A stretch of 64,000 bases of DNA, taken from positions 62,001-126,000 of IMG/VR virus record IMGVR_UViG_3300032245_001860. One strand, written 5' to 3'. Below are positions 38,810 to 48,928 of this stretch, piece by piece. Position 1 is the first letter of the stretch, and every line of letters begins with the position of its first letter. The translations under genes and the position numbers were made by a program. A model generated the notes under the pieces. That model saw only the letters and a program-made list of their open reading frames with translations. It was not told where the DNA came from and ran no database searches.

Positions 38810-39256
38810 ATGGAAAAGAATGCTTGGATCAGTAAGAAAAAGGAACTACTTTCTAAAATTTTTGTTTCTAAAACTGCTGAAAAAAAGTTAGATTGGGGGT
38901 TTTTATCTCAGGAAACCCCTAATGAAAAACAGAATAAGTATAGTGTCAAAATTGATAGCTGGACAGACTTAATGTACGCAAGTTCAGATATCAATCCTAC
39001 AGTTGAACCTACTTCATTTAACATACATCCTTGTGGTTTTATAGTGAATGATGAATTAGGTCAAGCAGTATTGAATAAGGCGTTTGATAAAGCTGTATTT
39101 TATATAAATCAGCAAACTGATACAGATGAAGATATAGTCAAGGACGCAATTCATGATTATATTTCTAATAACAAATTAAGCACCAAAGGTTTTTATTATT
39201 TGATTAAGAAACTCAAGAATTTGCAACTCGAAGACTTGCCAGACTTACAAGCATAA
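38810..39256 (+). CDS. hypothetical protein
   Basis: ATG 38810: MEKNAWISKKKELLSKIFVSKTAE. Confidence 0.6.
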   Translation: MEKNAWISKKKELLSKIFVSKTAEKKLDWGFLSQETPNEKQNKYSVKIDSWTDLMYASSDINPTVEPTSFNIHPCGFIVNDELGQAVLNKAFDKAVFYINQQTDTDEDIVKDAIHDYISNNKLSTKGFYYLIKKLKNLQLEDLPDLQA

Positions 39257-39328
39257 CGCATAATAACAAAGGAAAGGATAAAAAATATCTGATAGATTTC
39301 TTTCAGGTATTTTTTATTGTCAAAAAAT

Positions 39329-40285
39329 ATGGAAAAGATACTCGAAGAGAATAAGAATAGGTTTGTTTTGTTCCCGCTACAGCACCACGATATATGGGAT
39401 TATTATAAGAAAGCACAGCAAGTTTTCTGGACAGCTGAGGAAATTGACCTACAACAAGATCTCACTGACTGGGAAAAATTGAATGAGGGTGAGAAGCATT
39501 TTGTCAAGCATGTTTTGGCATTCTTCGCTGCTTCTGATGGAATTGTAAATGAGAACTTAGCAGAAAACTTTGTTGCTGAAGTACAGTACACAGAAGCTAA
39601 ATTCTTCTATGGTTTTCAGATCATGATGGAGAATATTCACTCCGAGACATATTCCCTTCTTATTGACACATATATCAAAGACAAAGAAGAGCAAAATCAT
39701 CTCTTCAACGCTATTGATACAGTTCCAGCAGTCCAAAAGAAAGCAGAATGGGCACTTAAGTGGATTGGTTCTGAATCATTTGTTGAAAGATTAATTGCCT
39801 TTGCTGCTGTTGAGGGAATTTTCTTCTCTGGTTCTTTCTGTAGTATTTTCTGGCTCAAGAAGCGTGGTTTGATGCCAGGTCTCTCCTTCTCGAATGAATT
39901 AATTTCCCGTGATGAGGGTCTTCATACAGACTTTGCTGTTCATCTATACAACAATCATATTGAAAATAAATTATCAAGAGAAAGATTGATTGAGATTATT
40001 GATTCAGCACTTGTAATTGAAAAAGAGTTTATTACCGAAGCTCTTCCTGTATCTTTGATCGGCATGAATTCTAATTTAATGAAGCAATATCTTGAATATG
40101 TTTCTGATAGACTTTTGATGGATCTTGGCGTTGGCAAGGTGTATAATGCCGAGAACCCATTTGACTTTATGCAGAATATTGCTATGGCTAATAAAACCAA
40201 TTTCTTTGAAAAGAGAGTAGCTGATTATGTCAAGAGTGGTGTTGGTGAAGTGAAAGAACAAATCTCATTTGACGAGGATTTTTAA
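39329..40285 (+). CDS. nrdB: ribonucleotide reductase class Ia beta subunit
   Basis: [50 protein letters not shown]. Confidence 0.97.
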   Translation: MEKILEENKNRFVLFPLQHHDIWDYYKKAQQVFWTAEEIDLQQDLTDWEKLNEGEKHFVKHVLAFFAASDGIVNENLAENFVAEVQYTEAKFFYGFQIMMENIHSETYSLLIDTYIKDKEEQNHLFNAIDTVPAVQKKAEWALKWIGSESFVERLIAFAAVEGIFFSGSFCSIFWLKKRGLMPGLSFSNELISRDEGLHTDFAVHLYNNHIENKLSRERLIEIIDSALVIEKEFITEALPVSLIGMNSNLMKQYLEYVSDRLLMDLGVGKVYNAENPFDFMQNIAMANKTNFFEKRVADYVKSGVGEVKEQISFDEDF

Positions 40286-40287
40286 GT

Positions 40288-42720
40288 ATGGATATTTTAA
40301 AGCGTAATGGATTTAAAGAACCACTTAAGCTTGAAAAGATTGGTTCCAGAATCAAAAAACTTACTTATGGCTTACATGATATGGTTGACCCTGATCTTGT
40401 CAGTACAAAGGTTGTTTCTGGCCTGTATGATGGTGTTTCAAGCACCGAACTTGATCAGTTAAGTGCTGAGACTGCTGCTTCTATGATCACCACTCATCCT
40501 GATTATGGTAAGTTGGCTGCTCGTATTGCTATCACAGCTTTATATAAGGACGTTGCAAAAGATTTTTCTGGAATTGCAACTAAACTATATGAATACATCA
40601 ATCCTAAGACTGGCGAAAAAGCTGGGATGATTTCAGATGAAGTCTATTCTGTAATTCAAAAGCATGCAGATGAATTGGATGCCATGATTGTGCATGATCG
40701 TGATTTCAATTTTGATTATTTTGGATTCATGACTCTTAAGAAATCATATCTTTTGAAGGTCAATGGCCAAGCAGCAGAAACTCCTCAACATCTTTATATG
40801 AGAGTAGCTGTTGGAATCTGGCGTGAAAATTTAGAGATGGTTCAAAAGACTTACGATATGTTGTCTCAGGGTCTTTTTACACACGCTACTCCAACACTTT
40901 TTAACGCTGGTACAAATCGCCCTCAGTTATCCTCTTGTTTCTTGCTTGATATTGATGATGATTCTATTCCAGGTATTTACAAGACTCTTTCTGATTGTGC
41001 GAAAATTTCACAATCAGCTGGTGGGATTGGCATAAACATTCATAAGATTCGTGCTAAAGGTTCTTATATTAAGGGAACCAATGGATATTCCAATGGCATT
41101 ATCCCTATGCTTCGTGTCTTTAATGAAACTGCCAGATATGTAGATCAAGGCGGTGGTAAGCGTAAGGGTTCAATTGCTGTTTACCTTGAGCCTTGGCATG
41201 GTGACGTTTATGACTTCTTAGATCTTCGTAAAAACCAAGGCAAAGAAGAAATGAGAGCAAGAGATTTATTCTTAGCCTTATGGATTCCTGACTTATTCAT
41301 GCAAAGAGTTGAAGAAAATGGAAACTGGTCATTATTTTCACCTGAACAAGTTCCAGGGTTGATTGATGCATACGATTCCCCTGACAACAAAGCGTTTACA
41401 GCTCTATATGAAAGATATGAAGCTGAAGGAAAAGCACTTAAAGTTGTCAAGGCTCGTGAATTATGGGAAAAGATTCTTGATTCACAAATTGAAACTGGCA
41501 CACCTTACATGCTTTACAAGGACTCATGTAATTATAAGTCAAATCAAAAGAATCTTGGAACTATCAAGTCTTCAAATCTCTGTACTGAAATAATTGAATA
41601 TACAGACAAAAATGAGACTGCCGTGTGTAACCTTGCTTCTATCGCTTTACCGAAATATGTATCAATTCCATCAGGTAAAGTCAGAGAGAAGGATAAGAAG
41701 CTACGCAAGTTTGATTTTAAGAGCTTGTATGAAGTCACTTACCAAGCTACTGTAAACTTGAATCAAGTCATTGATATCAATTATTATCCAACTGCAGAAA
41801 CATCAGTATCTAATTTTAAGCATCGCCCAATTGGTTTAGGTGTTCAAGGATTAGCTGATACTTTTGCTATTATGGGTCTCCCTTTTGATAGTGAAGAAGC
41901 TCGAAAACTGAATAAGGATATTTTTGAAACTATCTACTTTGCAGCATTGACAGCATCAAAGGATTTGGCAAAAACCCATGGGTCTTATTCGTCTTTTGAA
42001 GGATCTCCAGCATCTCAAGGCTCATTACAATATGACCTATGGGGACTTACTGAGAATGATCTTTCCGGTATGTGGGATTTTGCAGCACTTAAAGAAGAAA
42101 TTAAGCAATTTGGTTTAAGAAATTCTTTATTAGTTGCTCCAATGCCCACTGCTTCTACTGCACAAATTCTTGGAAACAATGAATGTTTTGAGCCTTTCAC
42201 AGCAAACATTTACAAGAGAAACACTTTGAGTGGTGAGTATGCAATTATCAACAAGCATTTAGTTGAAGATCTTGTCAATCTTGGTATTTGGAGTGACAAT
42301 ATCAGAATGAAGCTTATTATTGATAATGGGTCAGTTCAAGGAATTGATGAAATTCCAGCTGACATCAAAGAAGTTTATAAGACAGTTTGGGAAATCAAGG
42401 GTAAGTCTATTCTTGAAATGGCAAGAGATCGCAATTATTTTATTGATCAATCTCAGTCTTTGAATATGTTTATGGCTGAACCAACTGTATCTAAGCTTTC
42501 TTCTGCTCACTTCTATGGATGGAAGATTGGTTTGAAGACAGGCATGTACTATCTTCGCACTAAACCAAAGGCGCAAGCTTTGAAGGGCTTAGGAATTGAT
42601 GTATCTTCAATTCAACAAGTAGAAAAGAAGCCCGAAATTGAAATAAAACCTATGGAAGAAGAACCAGATATTCCACAATGTAGACTTGATAATCCAGATT
42701 GTGAAGCTTGCGGATCATAA
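40288..42720 (+). CDS. nrdA: ribonucleotide reductase class Ia alpha subunit
   Basis: ATP cone, ATPTLFNAG, SSCF, SNLCTE, VCNLAS, PTAST, KTGMYY, C-terminal CEACGS. Confidence 0.97.
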   Translation: MDILKRNGFKEPLKLEKIGSRIKKLTYGLHDMVDPDLVSTKVVSGLYDGVSSTELDQLSAETAASMITTHPDYGKLAARIAITALYKDVAKDFSGIATKLYEYINPKTGEKAGMISDEVYSVIQKHADELDAMIVHDRDFNFDYFGFMTLKKSYLLKVNGQAAETPQHLYMRVAVGIWRENLEMVQKTYDMLSQGLFTHATPTLFNAGTNRPQLSSCFLLDIDDDSIPGIYKTLSDCAKISQSAGGIGINIHKIRAKGSYIKGTNGYSNGIIPMLRVFNETARYVDQGGGKRKGSIAVYLEPWHGDVYDFLDLRKNQGKEEMRARDLFLALWIPDLFMQRVEENGNWSLFSPEQVPGLIDAYDSPDNKAFTALYERYEAEGKALKVVKARELWEKILDSQIETGTPYMLYKDSCNYKSNQKNLGTIKSSNLCTEIIEYTDKNETAVCNLASIALPKYVSIPSGKVREKDKKLRKFDFKSLYEVTYQATVNLNQVIDINYYPTAETSVSNFKHRPIGLGVQGLADTFAIMGLPFDSEEARKLNKDIFETIYFAALTASKDLAKTHGSYSSFEGSPASQGSLQYDLWGLTENDLSGMWDFAALKEEIKQFGLRNSLLVAPMPTASTAQILGNNECFEPFTANIYKRNTLSGEYAIINKHLVEDLVNLGIWSDNIRMKLIIDNGSVQGIDEIPADIKEVYKTVWEIKGKSILEMARDRNYFIDQSQSLNMFMAEPTVSKLSSAHFYGWKIGLKTGMYYLRTKPKAQALKGLGIDVSSIQQVEKKPEIEIKPMEEEPDIPQCRLDNPDCEACGS

Positions 42721-42748
42721 AAAAAGAGGGGAGAAATCCCCTCTTTTT
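42721..42748. terminator. bidirectional intrinsic terminator
   Basis: aaaaagagggga-gaaa-tcccctcttttt. Confidence 0.85.
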
Positions 42749-43217
42749 ACGTATTTGATAAACCTTTTCTAATCTCTCTTAATTTATTGGCTACAGCATC
42801 TTGAGTTGCATTTTCTAAAGTACCATTCATATCAAGTGGATCAACTTCAAAATGAAAATCTCTACCATTAATATGATTTCTCGCAATAGCTGTAATTTGT
42901 TCAGGTGTAGGAGGAGAATGTATATCAACGCTCCATTCTCCATAATTAGAAACTCTTATAGCTCCAGTCAAAGACATAAATGGAACAACATAATCAGAAT
43001 ATCTACTTCCTTGAGATTCTTCTGGTTCATCCATAACAGATTCAATATTTCTATGATCTAATGATCTTTCATATCCACCCTCAGAATAATCAAGAAATTT
43101 ACCAGAGCTTAAGACATATCCAGCTTTGACTGGATCATTTGTTTCACCATAAAACTCTAAAGCTTCTTTTTCTTTGGGATGAATGCCAAAATATGATTGA
43201 GCTAATTTGTACCACAT
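42747..43217 (-). CDS. MWYK-tagged hypothetical protein
   Basis: MWYKLAQ; AGYVLSSGKFLD...DHR...GAIRV...PTPEQ. Confidence 0.7.
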   Translation of the reverse strand: MWYKLAQSYFGIHPKEKEALEFYGETNDPVKAGYVLSSGKFLDYSEGGYERSLDHRNIESVMDEPEESQGSRYSDYVVPFMSLTGAIRVSNYGEWSVDIHSPPTPEQITAIARNHINGRDFHFEVDPLDMNGTLENATQDAVANKLREIRKGLSNT

Positions 43218-43224
43218 ACTTTAC

Positions 43225-43251
43225 ATTTCTAAAAAGATGCAATATAATCCT
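43225..43251 (-). promoter_or_regulatory. candidate SigH-like late promoter AGGA-N17-AGAAAT
   Basis: Exact motif 7 nt before ATG 43217; overlaps the TATAAT of the divergent gene. Confidence 0.6.
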
Positions 43252-43254
43252 TAC

Positions 43255-43575
43255 ATGGGAAAGCCAATTGTACGTGAAGTAAAAATTCTTGATGCAGTTC
43301 TTAAGGAAGACGAAGGAACTGAAGATGAGCCAAAAGTTGTTCAATATATTTGGCTACAGTTACAAGATACAAAAACAGATAGAGTATATACATCTCAATT
43401 GTCACTTGATGATATCAAAGACATAACTGGTATGGATAGATATTTAGAAGGCAGAGAGCTAATTAATTTTACCATTGCACTGAAAGCAAGAGAGACACCT
43501 TTGTCTTTAGTTTTCAATCCTGATGCAGAAGAAATTACAGCTGATATGATAAAGAATGAAGAGGAAATAAATTAA
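43255..43575 (+). CDS. hypothetical protein
   Basis: TATAAT (43243-43248) 6 nt before ATG 43255 (MGKPIVREV). Confidence 0.65.
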   Translation: MGKPIVREVKILDAVLKEDEGTEDEPKVVQYIWLQLQDTKTDRVYTSQLSLDDIKDITGMDRYLEGRELINFTIALKARETPLSLVFNPDAEEITADMIKNEEEIN

Positions 43576-44075
43576 TGGATATTGTAGCTAAGGTTGAAAT
43601 TAAGGCTTTTCGTGAAGGTGCAGTGATTCCTAAGAAGGCCACTCAAGGTGCTGCAGGATATGACTTGTGTGCTTGTATTCCTGATTATTCAAGTGGAATG
43701 ATGATTCATCCAGGCAATTCTTTGATTGTTCCAACGGGCTTGAATGTAAATATTCCAGAAGGTTACGAAATTCAAATTCGTCCAAGATCAGGTTTAGCTG
43801 CAAAGCATGGCGTTACAGTTCTAAACACACCAGGGACAATTGATTGCGATTATACTGGCGATGGTGAAGATTTTGAGTTGAAAGTTATTCTTTTCAATCA
43901 TAACAGAATGCCTTTTAGTATTAATCATGGAGATAGAATTGCTCAAATGGTTGTTGCTAAGTTAGCAGCACATGAACTTGTTGAAGTTGAAGAGTTCAAC
44001 AAGCAAGTAAAGTCTTCTCGCAAGGGCGGATTGGGAAGTACTGGCAAAGGAGCAATAGCTATCAATGGATCATAA
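43575..44075 (+). CDS. dut: trimeric dUTPase
   Basis: AAGYDL, RPRSGLA, GTIDCDYTG, GDRIAQ, RKGGLGSTG. Confidence 0.95.
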   Translation: MDIVAKVEIKAFREGAVIPKKATQGAAGYDLCACIPDYSSGMMIHPGNSLIVPTGLNVNIPEGYEIQIRPRSGLAAKHGVTVLNTPGTIDCDYTGDGEDFELKVILFNHNRMPFSINHGDRIAQMVVAKLAAHELVEVEEFNKQVKSSRKGGLGSTGKGAIAINGS

Positions 44076-44442
44076 TATTGATCAAGCTACAAAAAACTAT
44101 ACTATTTTTTGTGATTTAGATGGAACACTTTGGGAACAAGGTGATCCTACTGAAATTGCTAAGCCTGGATATCAACCAAAAATTATTCATGGTACTGTAA
44201 ACAAGATTCGTGAATGGGATAGCAAAGGTTATAAGATTATTTTAACCACTGGTAGAAAAGAAAGCTTGCGTGACGTCACAATCAAACAACTTTCTTTTGC
44301 TGGGATTGTTTATGATCAATTGGTTATGGGAATTGGTGGCGGTTCCAGAGTTCTCATTAATGATTTGAGAGCTAACGGTGATAAATCTGGATTCGTTTTT
44401 CAGCCTAAGCGTAATGAAGGCATAGGTGGTATTGAATTATAA
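44065..44442 (+). CDS. HAD-family phosphatase, minimal type
   Basis: IFCDLDGTL, LTTGR, YDQLVMG, LIND. Confidence 0.8.
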   Translation: MDHNIDQATKNYTIFCDLDGTLWEQGDPTEIAKPGYQPKIIHGTVNKIREWDSKGYKIILTTGRKESLRDVTIKQLSFAGIVYDQLVMGIGGGSRVLINDLRANGDKSGFVFQPKRNEGIGGIEL

Positions 44443-44774
44443 TGTATCCAGAATTTAAAAAATTGGTAAATTTAATTGGTCATGAAATTACAATTGCTGG
44501 ATATGCTACTTTACCTAAAGCAGATAAGCCTTGTTATGTAAAAACAAATCAAATAATTATCGGCAAGATAGATGGTATTCCAATTGCTAAAACTGAATTT
44601 GATTCAATTGTAAATTTACCCGATCCAGAAGATGGTGTTTACTATATTGTGAGCAGAATCTCCATGGATTATGTTCCTTTCAATCGTGAAGATGTATTTT
44701 GTGTTGATACAGGCCCTTCAGCAGTACGAGATGAAAATGGTCAAGTAGTAGCTGTAACTCAACTAAGTATATAA
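44442..44774 (+). CDS. conserved phage hypothetical protein
   Basis: NLIGHEI...NLPDPEDGVYYIVS...VRDENGQVV. Confidence 0.7.
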   Translation: MYPEFKKLVNLIGHEITIAGYATLPKADKPCYVKTNQIIIGKIDGIPIAKTEFDSIVNLPDPEDGVYYIVSRISMDYVPFNREDVFCVDTGPSAVRDENGQVVAVTQLSI

Positions 44775-44805
44775 AAATAAACCCCTCATAAAGAGGGGTT
44801 TATTT
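44775..44805. terminator. bidirectional intrinsic terminator
   Basis: aaataaacccctc-ataaa-gaggggtttattt. Confidence 0.85.
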
Positions 44806-45631
44806 AATTCATCTCTGAAAGTTTTTTGAAGTAATTCAATACTTCAGGTTGAGCATCAAGTTTATCTCTTTGTGTATTGAAAGCATAGTGGACAACTATG
44901 AAACCACCATAAATACAATTAGGCATTTCTCTTTCTGCAGGTTTAACTTCACTCAGCCATGGTTCATCTTGTATTCCAACTTTTTCGAATTTAGCAAACT
45001 CAGAGCCTAACCAACACATAAAATTAATACTATGTCTTTCATATCCTGCCAAGACCCACTCTTTGAATTTTAATTTATCTAAGTTGTTTTCTTTTCTATA
45101 TGACTCAAAATGATAAAAAGCACTCATTGCATATCTATAATCTGACCAAGCATGATTAGTTGAATCATAAGTAACTGCTGGAAAATTTCTAACACTCATA
45201 GCACCAATTCTTTGAAGAACAAAATGATTGAGTGGATTGTTTATTGTATTAGCAAATGTAATAAAATACTGAGGATTTTCAATTCTATGTCTTATAAAGC
45301 CTTCAAAAGCATCAGTCTCCATGTAAACAATATCATCATCAATTTTGCAATAGACAGTATTTGGGTCATTGAATAAACAGTAAAACCTATGTACATTTTG
45401 AGTTGAATATCCAATTAGTGGTTCATAATCTAAAACTACTTTTTTAAAAAAATCTGGATACTGTTCAATCAAGCTATCGAAATATTCTAAGTCTTCTTTT
45501 TTATCAGTATTAATCCAAAAATAATGTTCATCAATAATATGTCTCAGCTTTAGAAGATAATTGACTTGTATTTCAAAATATCTTTTTCTTCCTACAGGTC
45601 CACCAGTTACAACACGATAATTATCAACCAT
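44804..45631 (-). CDS. putative GT-A glycosyltransferase (paralog 3)
   Basis: GRKRY, W.NT, YCKIDDDIV, ANTINN, SINF, DEPWL, VVHYAF. Confidence 0.65.
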   Translation of the reverse strand: MVDNYRVVTGGPVGRKRYFEIQVNYLLKLRHIIDEHYFWINTDKKEDLEYFDSLIEQYPDFFKKVVLDYEPLIGYSTQNVHRFYCLFNDPNTVYCKIDDDIVYMETDAFEGFIRHRIENPQYFITFANTINNPLNHFVLQRIGAMSVRNFPAVTYDSTNHAWSDYRYAMSAFYHFESYRKENNLDKLKFKEWVLAGYERHSINFMCWLGSEFAKFEKVGIQDEPWLSEVKPAEREMPNCIYGGFIVVHYAFNTQRDKLDAQPEVLNYFKKLSEMN

Positions 45632-46487
45632 TGTTTTCCCCTTGCATTGAAATATTATTAAAAAGTTTTAAGAAAAATCCATTGTTATACTTATCTACAT
45701 GAAGAACAAAATTGTCAAATGAATAATGAACAACGATAAAATTGCCATACACACAATTTTTCATTGATCTTTCTCTTGGTTTATAATCCGTAAGCCATGG
45801 TTCTTCATCCATTCCAACTTTGTCAAACTTATTAAATTCAGAACCTAACCATGAAACACAATTTAAGTGACATCTTTCATAATTGTGAAAAATCCATTTA
45901 TTGAATTTAAACTTTGAAATATTGCCAGAGTTCACTGATACAAAAAAATCAAAAAAAGATTTCAAGGTATAGTTTGGATCTTGAACCACTTGATTATTGA
46001 ATTTGTAATCAACAAGAGGCAATTGATTTAGTTCTTTATGTTCACCAACTCCTACAGCACCAAGCATTTGATGAATAAATGTACAGTAATTGTTGTTTAT
46101 AGTATTAGCATAAACAAGAAAATATTCAGGGTTTTCAATTCTAAACTTTATAAAATTTTCAAACTCGGATTTTTCAACAAATACAATGTCATCATCAAAT
46201 CTGACATAAACAGTTTTATCATCTTTGCATTCATCATAAAATTTGTGAATGTCTAAATGGTTAAAATTATAATTAGGGTGATCTGGTAAATATTTGATAC
46301 TGTAAAATTCTGGGTATTTTTTAGATAATAATTCTAAATAGTCAATATCAGCTTGGTCATTTGTATTGATCCACCAAACATGATTGTCTATAATATGCCT
46401 CATATTGATTAGATAATTATGAAGAATCTCTACAAATCTCTGTCTACCTGAAGGCGTTACAGAAACTACTTTGTGCCCATCAACCAT
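45624..46487 (-). CDS. putative GT-A glycosyltransferase (paralog 2)
   Basis: GRQRF, YVRFDDDIV, ANTINN, DEEPWL, VVHYSF. Confidence 0.65.
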   Translation of the reverse strand: MVDGHKVVSVTPSGRQRFVEILHNYLINMRHIIDNHVWWINTNDQADIDYLELLSKKYPEFYSIKYLPDHPNYNFNHLDIHKFYDECKDDKTVYVRFDDDIVFVEKSEFENFIKFRIENPEYFLVYANTINNNYCTFIHQMLGAVGVGEHKELNQLPLVDYKFNNQVVQDPNYTLKSFFDFFVSVNSGNISKFKFNKWIFHNYERCHLNCVSWLGSEFNKFDKVGMDEEPWLTDYKPRERSMKNCVYGNFIVVHYSFDNFVLHVDKYNNGFFLKLFNNISMQGENNG

Positions 46488-47319
46488 TTTTTAATTCCCT
46501 ACTTAATGTTTGGAATAATTCTAAAATCTGAGGTTGGGCGTCAAGGTCTTTTCTTTGAGTGTAGTATGCGTAATGAACTGCTATAAAACCACCATAAATA
46601 CAATTGGGCTTTTCTCTTTCTGCTGGCTTTATTTGAGAAAGCCACTTTTCATCATCTTTTCCACAATGAACAAATTGGGCAAACTCAGACCCCATCCAAG
46701 AAAAAAAGTTTATACTATATCTTTCGAAATCAGTAAGAACCCATTTATTAAACTTCATCAAGTGAAGAGTTCCATTCTTCAAATGATTATAAAAACACAT
46801 AAAATGTCTGACAGCATACGAATAATTGTACCAAGCAGCACTGACAGAACTATAATCAACTGCTGGAAAATCTTCATGCATATTTAAAGCACCAATCTTG
46901 TCATGTATATAATAATTTATGGCATTATTGACAGTATTGGCAAAGACTAAGAAATACTGAGGATTATTAATTCTGAATCTAATGAAATTTTCAAATTCTT
47001 TATGTTCAAACCATACAATATCGTCATCTATTTTGCAGTACACAGTATTGGGGTCTATACAATATTCATAAAATCTTGCAACATTTTTACTTGTATACTT
47101 AAATTCTTCAATGTAAGGTAATTGAATGACCTCAAAAAAATCAGGATATTGGTTTACAAGAGATTCAAGGTAAAGCAAATCTTCTTCAACATTAGTGTTC
47201 AACCAAAAAACATGCTTATCAATTATTGGTCTACTTGCCAAAAGATACTCTACTAAAATTTCAACATATCTTTTTCTACCATATGGAGAATTGGTAACAA
47301 CTCTATAATTATCAACCAT
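46480..47319 (-). CDS. putative GT-A glycosyltransferase (paralog 1)
   Basis: GRKRY, YCKIDDDIV, ANTVNN, DDEKWL, AVHYAY. Confidence 0.65.
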   Translation of the reverse strand: MVDNYRVVTNSPYGRKRYVEILVEYLLASRPIIDKHVFWLNTNVEEDLLYLESLVNQYPDFFEVIQLPYIEEFKYTSKNVARFYEYCIDPNTVYCKIDDDIVWFEHKEFENFIRFRINNPQYFLVFANTVNNAINYYIHDKIGALNMHEDFPAVDYSSVSAAWYNYSYAVRHFMCFYNHLKNGTLHLMKFNKWVLTDFERYSINFFSWMGSEFAQFVHCGKDDEKWLSQIKPAEREKPNCIYGGFIAVHYAYYTQRKDLDAQPQILELFQTLSRELKNG

Positions 47320-47364
47320 TGCAAAATATCCTTATACAATCTACAATACATTAGGATTATACAA

Positions 47365-47847
47365 ATGAATAATGTCGATTTTGAAGATGCTCCAGATATT
47401 CTTTCTATAGCTAAACAACTACAAGAAAAATACTATGCTTTTATTGGATCGGTAAATTTAGATTCTATTTACTTTACCAAAATGATAGGTTATAAATCAA
47501 GAAATGCCCCAGTGTATGTGATGAGTGGTTTGACTCAGGCTTGGGCAAGATCTGTTTTAAATAGTCTCCAAACAAGAAAAAACTATTGCTTAGGTGTTTG
47601 GGCTGATGAATGGGATGAACTTGAAAAATCCAAAAAAGAATGGATAGTTTTCAGATGTTTATATTCTATTAGTCCAGCTGATGATGGTAAATTAAGACCA
47701 TTTGATGTTAATGATTATGGTTTTATTGTTGAGTATTTTGTCAGAGTAGGAATAGGACCTTACTGGGAAAGTAAAGAAAATTTACCTTCTTTGCTTGATG
47801 GAAATGATATACTTCCTTTGATAATTCCAATGGATGATAACGAATAA
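47365..47847 (+). CDS. phage metallopeptidase-like protein with a degenerate active site
   Basis: WDELEKSKKEWIVFRCLYSI...GKLRPFDVNDY resembles W..L....K..LI.HEL.HI...HDV.DF but lacks the histidines. Confidence 0.5.
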   Translation: MNNVDFEDAPDILSIAKQLQEKYYAFIGSVNLDSIYFTKMIGYKSRNAPVYVMSGLTQAWARSVLNSLQTRKNYCLGVWADEWDELEKSKKEWIVFRCLYSISPADDGKLRPFDVNDYGFIVEYFVRVGIGPYWESKENLPSLLDGNDILPLIIPMDDNE

Positions 47848-48890
47848 TGAGTTTTTACAATAAATATAGACCAAGCTCTTTCAAAGATATTTATGGTTAT
47901 TCTGCTTCTATTTTACAAAAACAAATAGAACTGGGTAAAACTTCTCATGCATATATTTTGTCAGGTCCTCCTGGTACGGGTAAAACAACTCTTGCCAGAG
48001 TAGCTTCTATAGCACTTTTATCTCAAGGTAATGACACAAATACTAAAAAACTTATATTAGATGACTCACACCCTGATGTTTACGAAATTAATTGTGCTGT
48101 AAATAATGGTGTTGATCATGTAAGAGACAACATTGTTCAACTTGCAAGGTTAGCTCCAATATCAGGAAAATATAAAATTTTCATTCTTGATGAATGTCAT
48201 ATGTTGACTACACAAGCTCAAACATCATTAATTAAGCTTACTGAAGAACCACCACCTTATGTGAAGTTCTTTTTTTGCACAACTGAACCTAATAAAATAT
48301 TACGAGCAATTAAGACAAGGTGTCAGACTTTCAATCTTAAAAAAATATCAGAATTAGATTTGTTATCAATTCTTGAAAATGTTTGTGATAGTGAAGATAT
48401 AGAATATGAAGAATCTGCTTTATCAATAATTGCTAAAGAAGCAAATGGAAGTGCAAGAACAGCATTGTCTATTTTAGAACAAGCTTCAATTCAAGATATT
48501 TCAGAAGATTTTGTGCGTACTATTCTTGATAGATCTCCAAAACAAGTTTCTATTGATCTTTGCTTTAGCATATTGAACAAAGACAGATCAAATGCTTGTA
48601 GAATTATTCAAGCTGCTCATATTGAAGGAAGAGATATAGGAAATTTATTTCTTGAATCTTCTACAATATTCATGGAAGCTTTTAAATATATAGCATTCAA
48701 ATATAAAAAGGTGGATAGAGACCCTGATATAGAAGAAATAGCTAAGACTGTACCTACTATTCAAATAGTTGAATTAACAGAACAGTTGTATAACATATCA
48801 AGTAATATAAGGCAAACTGTATCTGAGGACTTAGTAGCTATGACTGGTGTTCTCAAAACTATTGATTGGTACGCTAAAATAAATGCGTAA
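47847..48890 (+). CDS. dnaX: DNA polymerase III gamma/tau clamp-loader subunit
   Basis: YNKYRPSSF, GPPGTGKTT, ILDECHML, KLTEEPP, TRCQ. Confidence 0.9.
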   Translation: MSFYNKYRPSSFKDIYGYSASILQKQIELGKTSHAYILSGPPGTGKTTLARVASIALLSQGNDTNTKKLILDDSHPDVYEINCAVNNGVDHVRDNIVQLARLAPISGKYKIFILDECHMLTTQAQTSLIKLTEEPPPYVKFFFCTTEPNKILRAIKTRCQTFNLKKISELDLLSILENVCDSEDIEYEESALSIIAKEANGSARTALSILEQASIQDISEDFVRTILDRSPKQVSIDLCFSILNKDRSNACRIIQAAHIEGRDIGNLFLESSTIFMEAFKYIAFKYKKVDRDPDIEEIAKTVPTIQIVELTEQLYNISSNIRQTVSEDLVAMTGVLKTIDWYAKINA

Positions 48891-48928
48891 AATTGTTCAA
48901 ATAAAGCTTCTTGCCTTCGGTAATATAA

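Noticed and set aside
28459-42720. Inteins or introns in dnaE, recA, nrdA or nrdB
   Set aside because: No Cys/Ser...His-Asn splice junctions or LAGLIDADG motifs were seen, and the ORFs are continuous.
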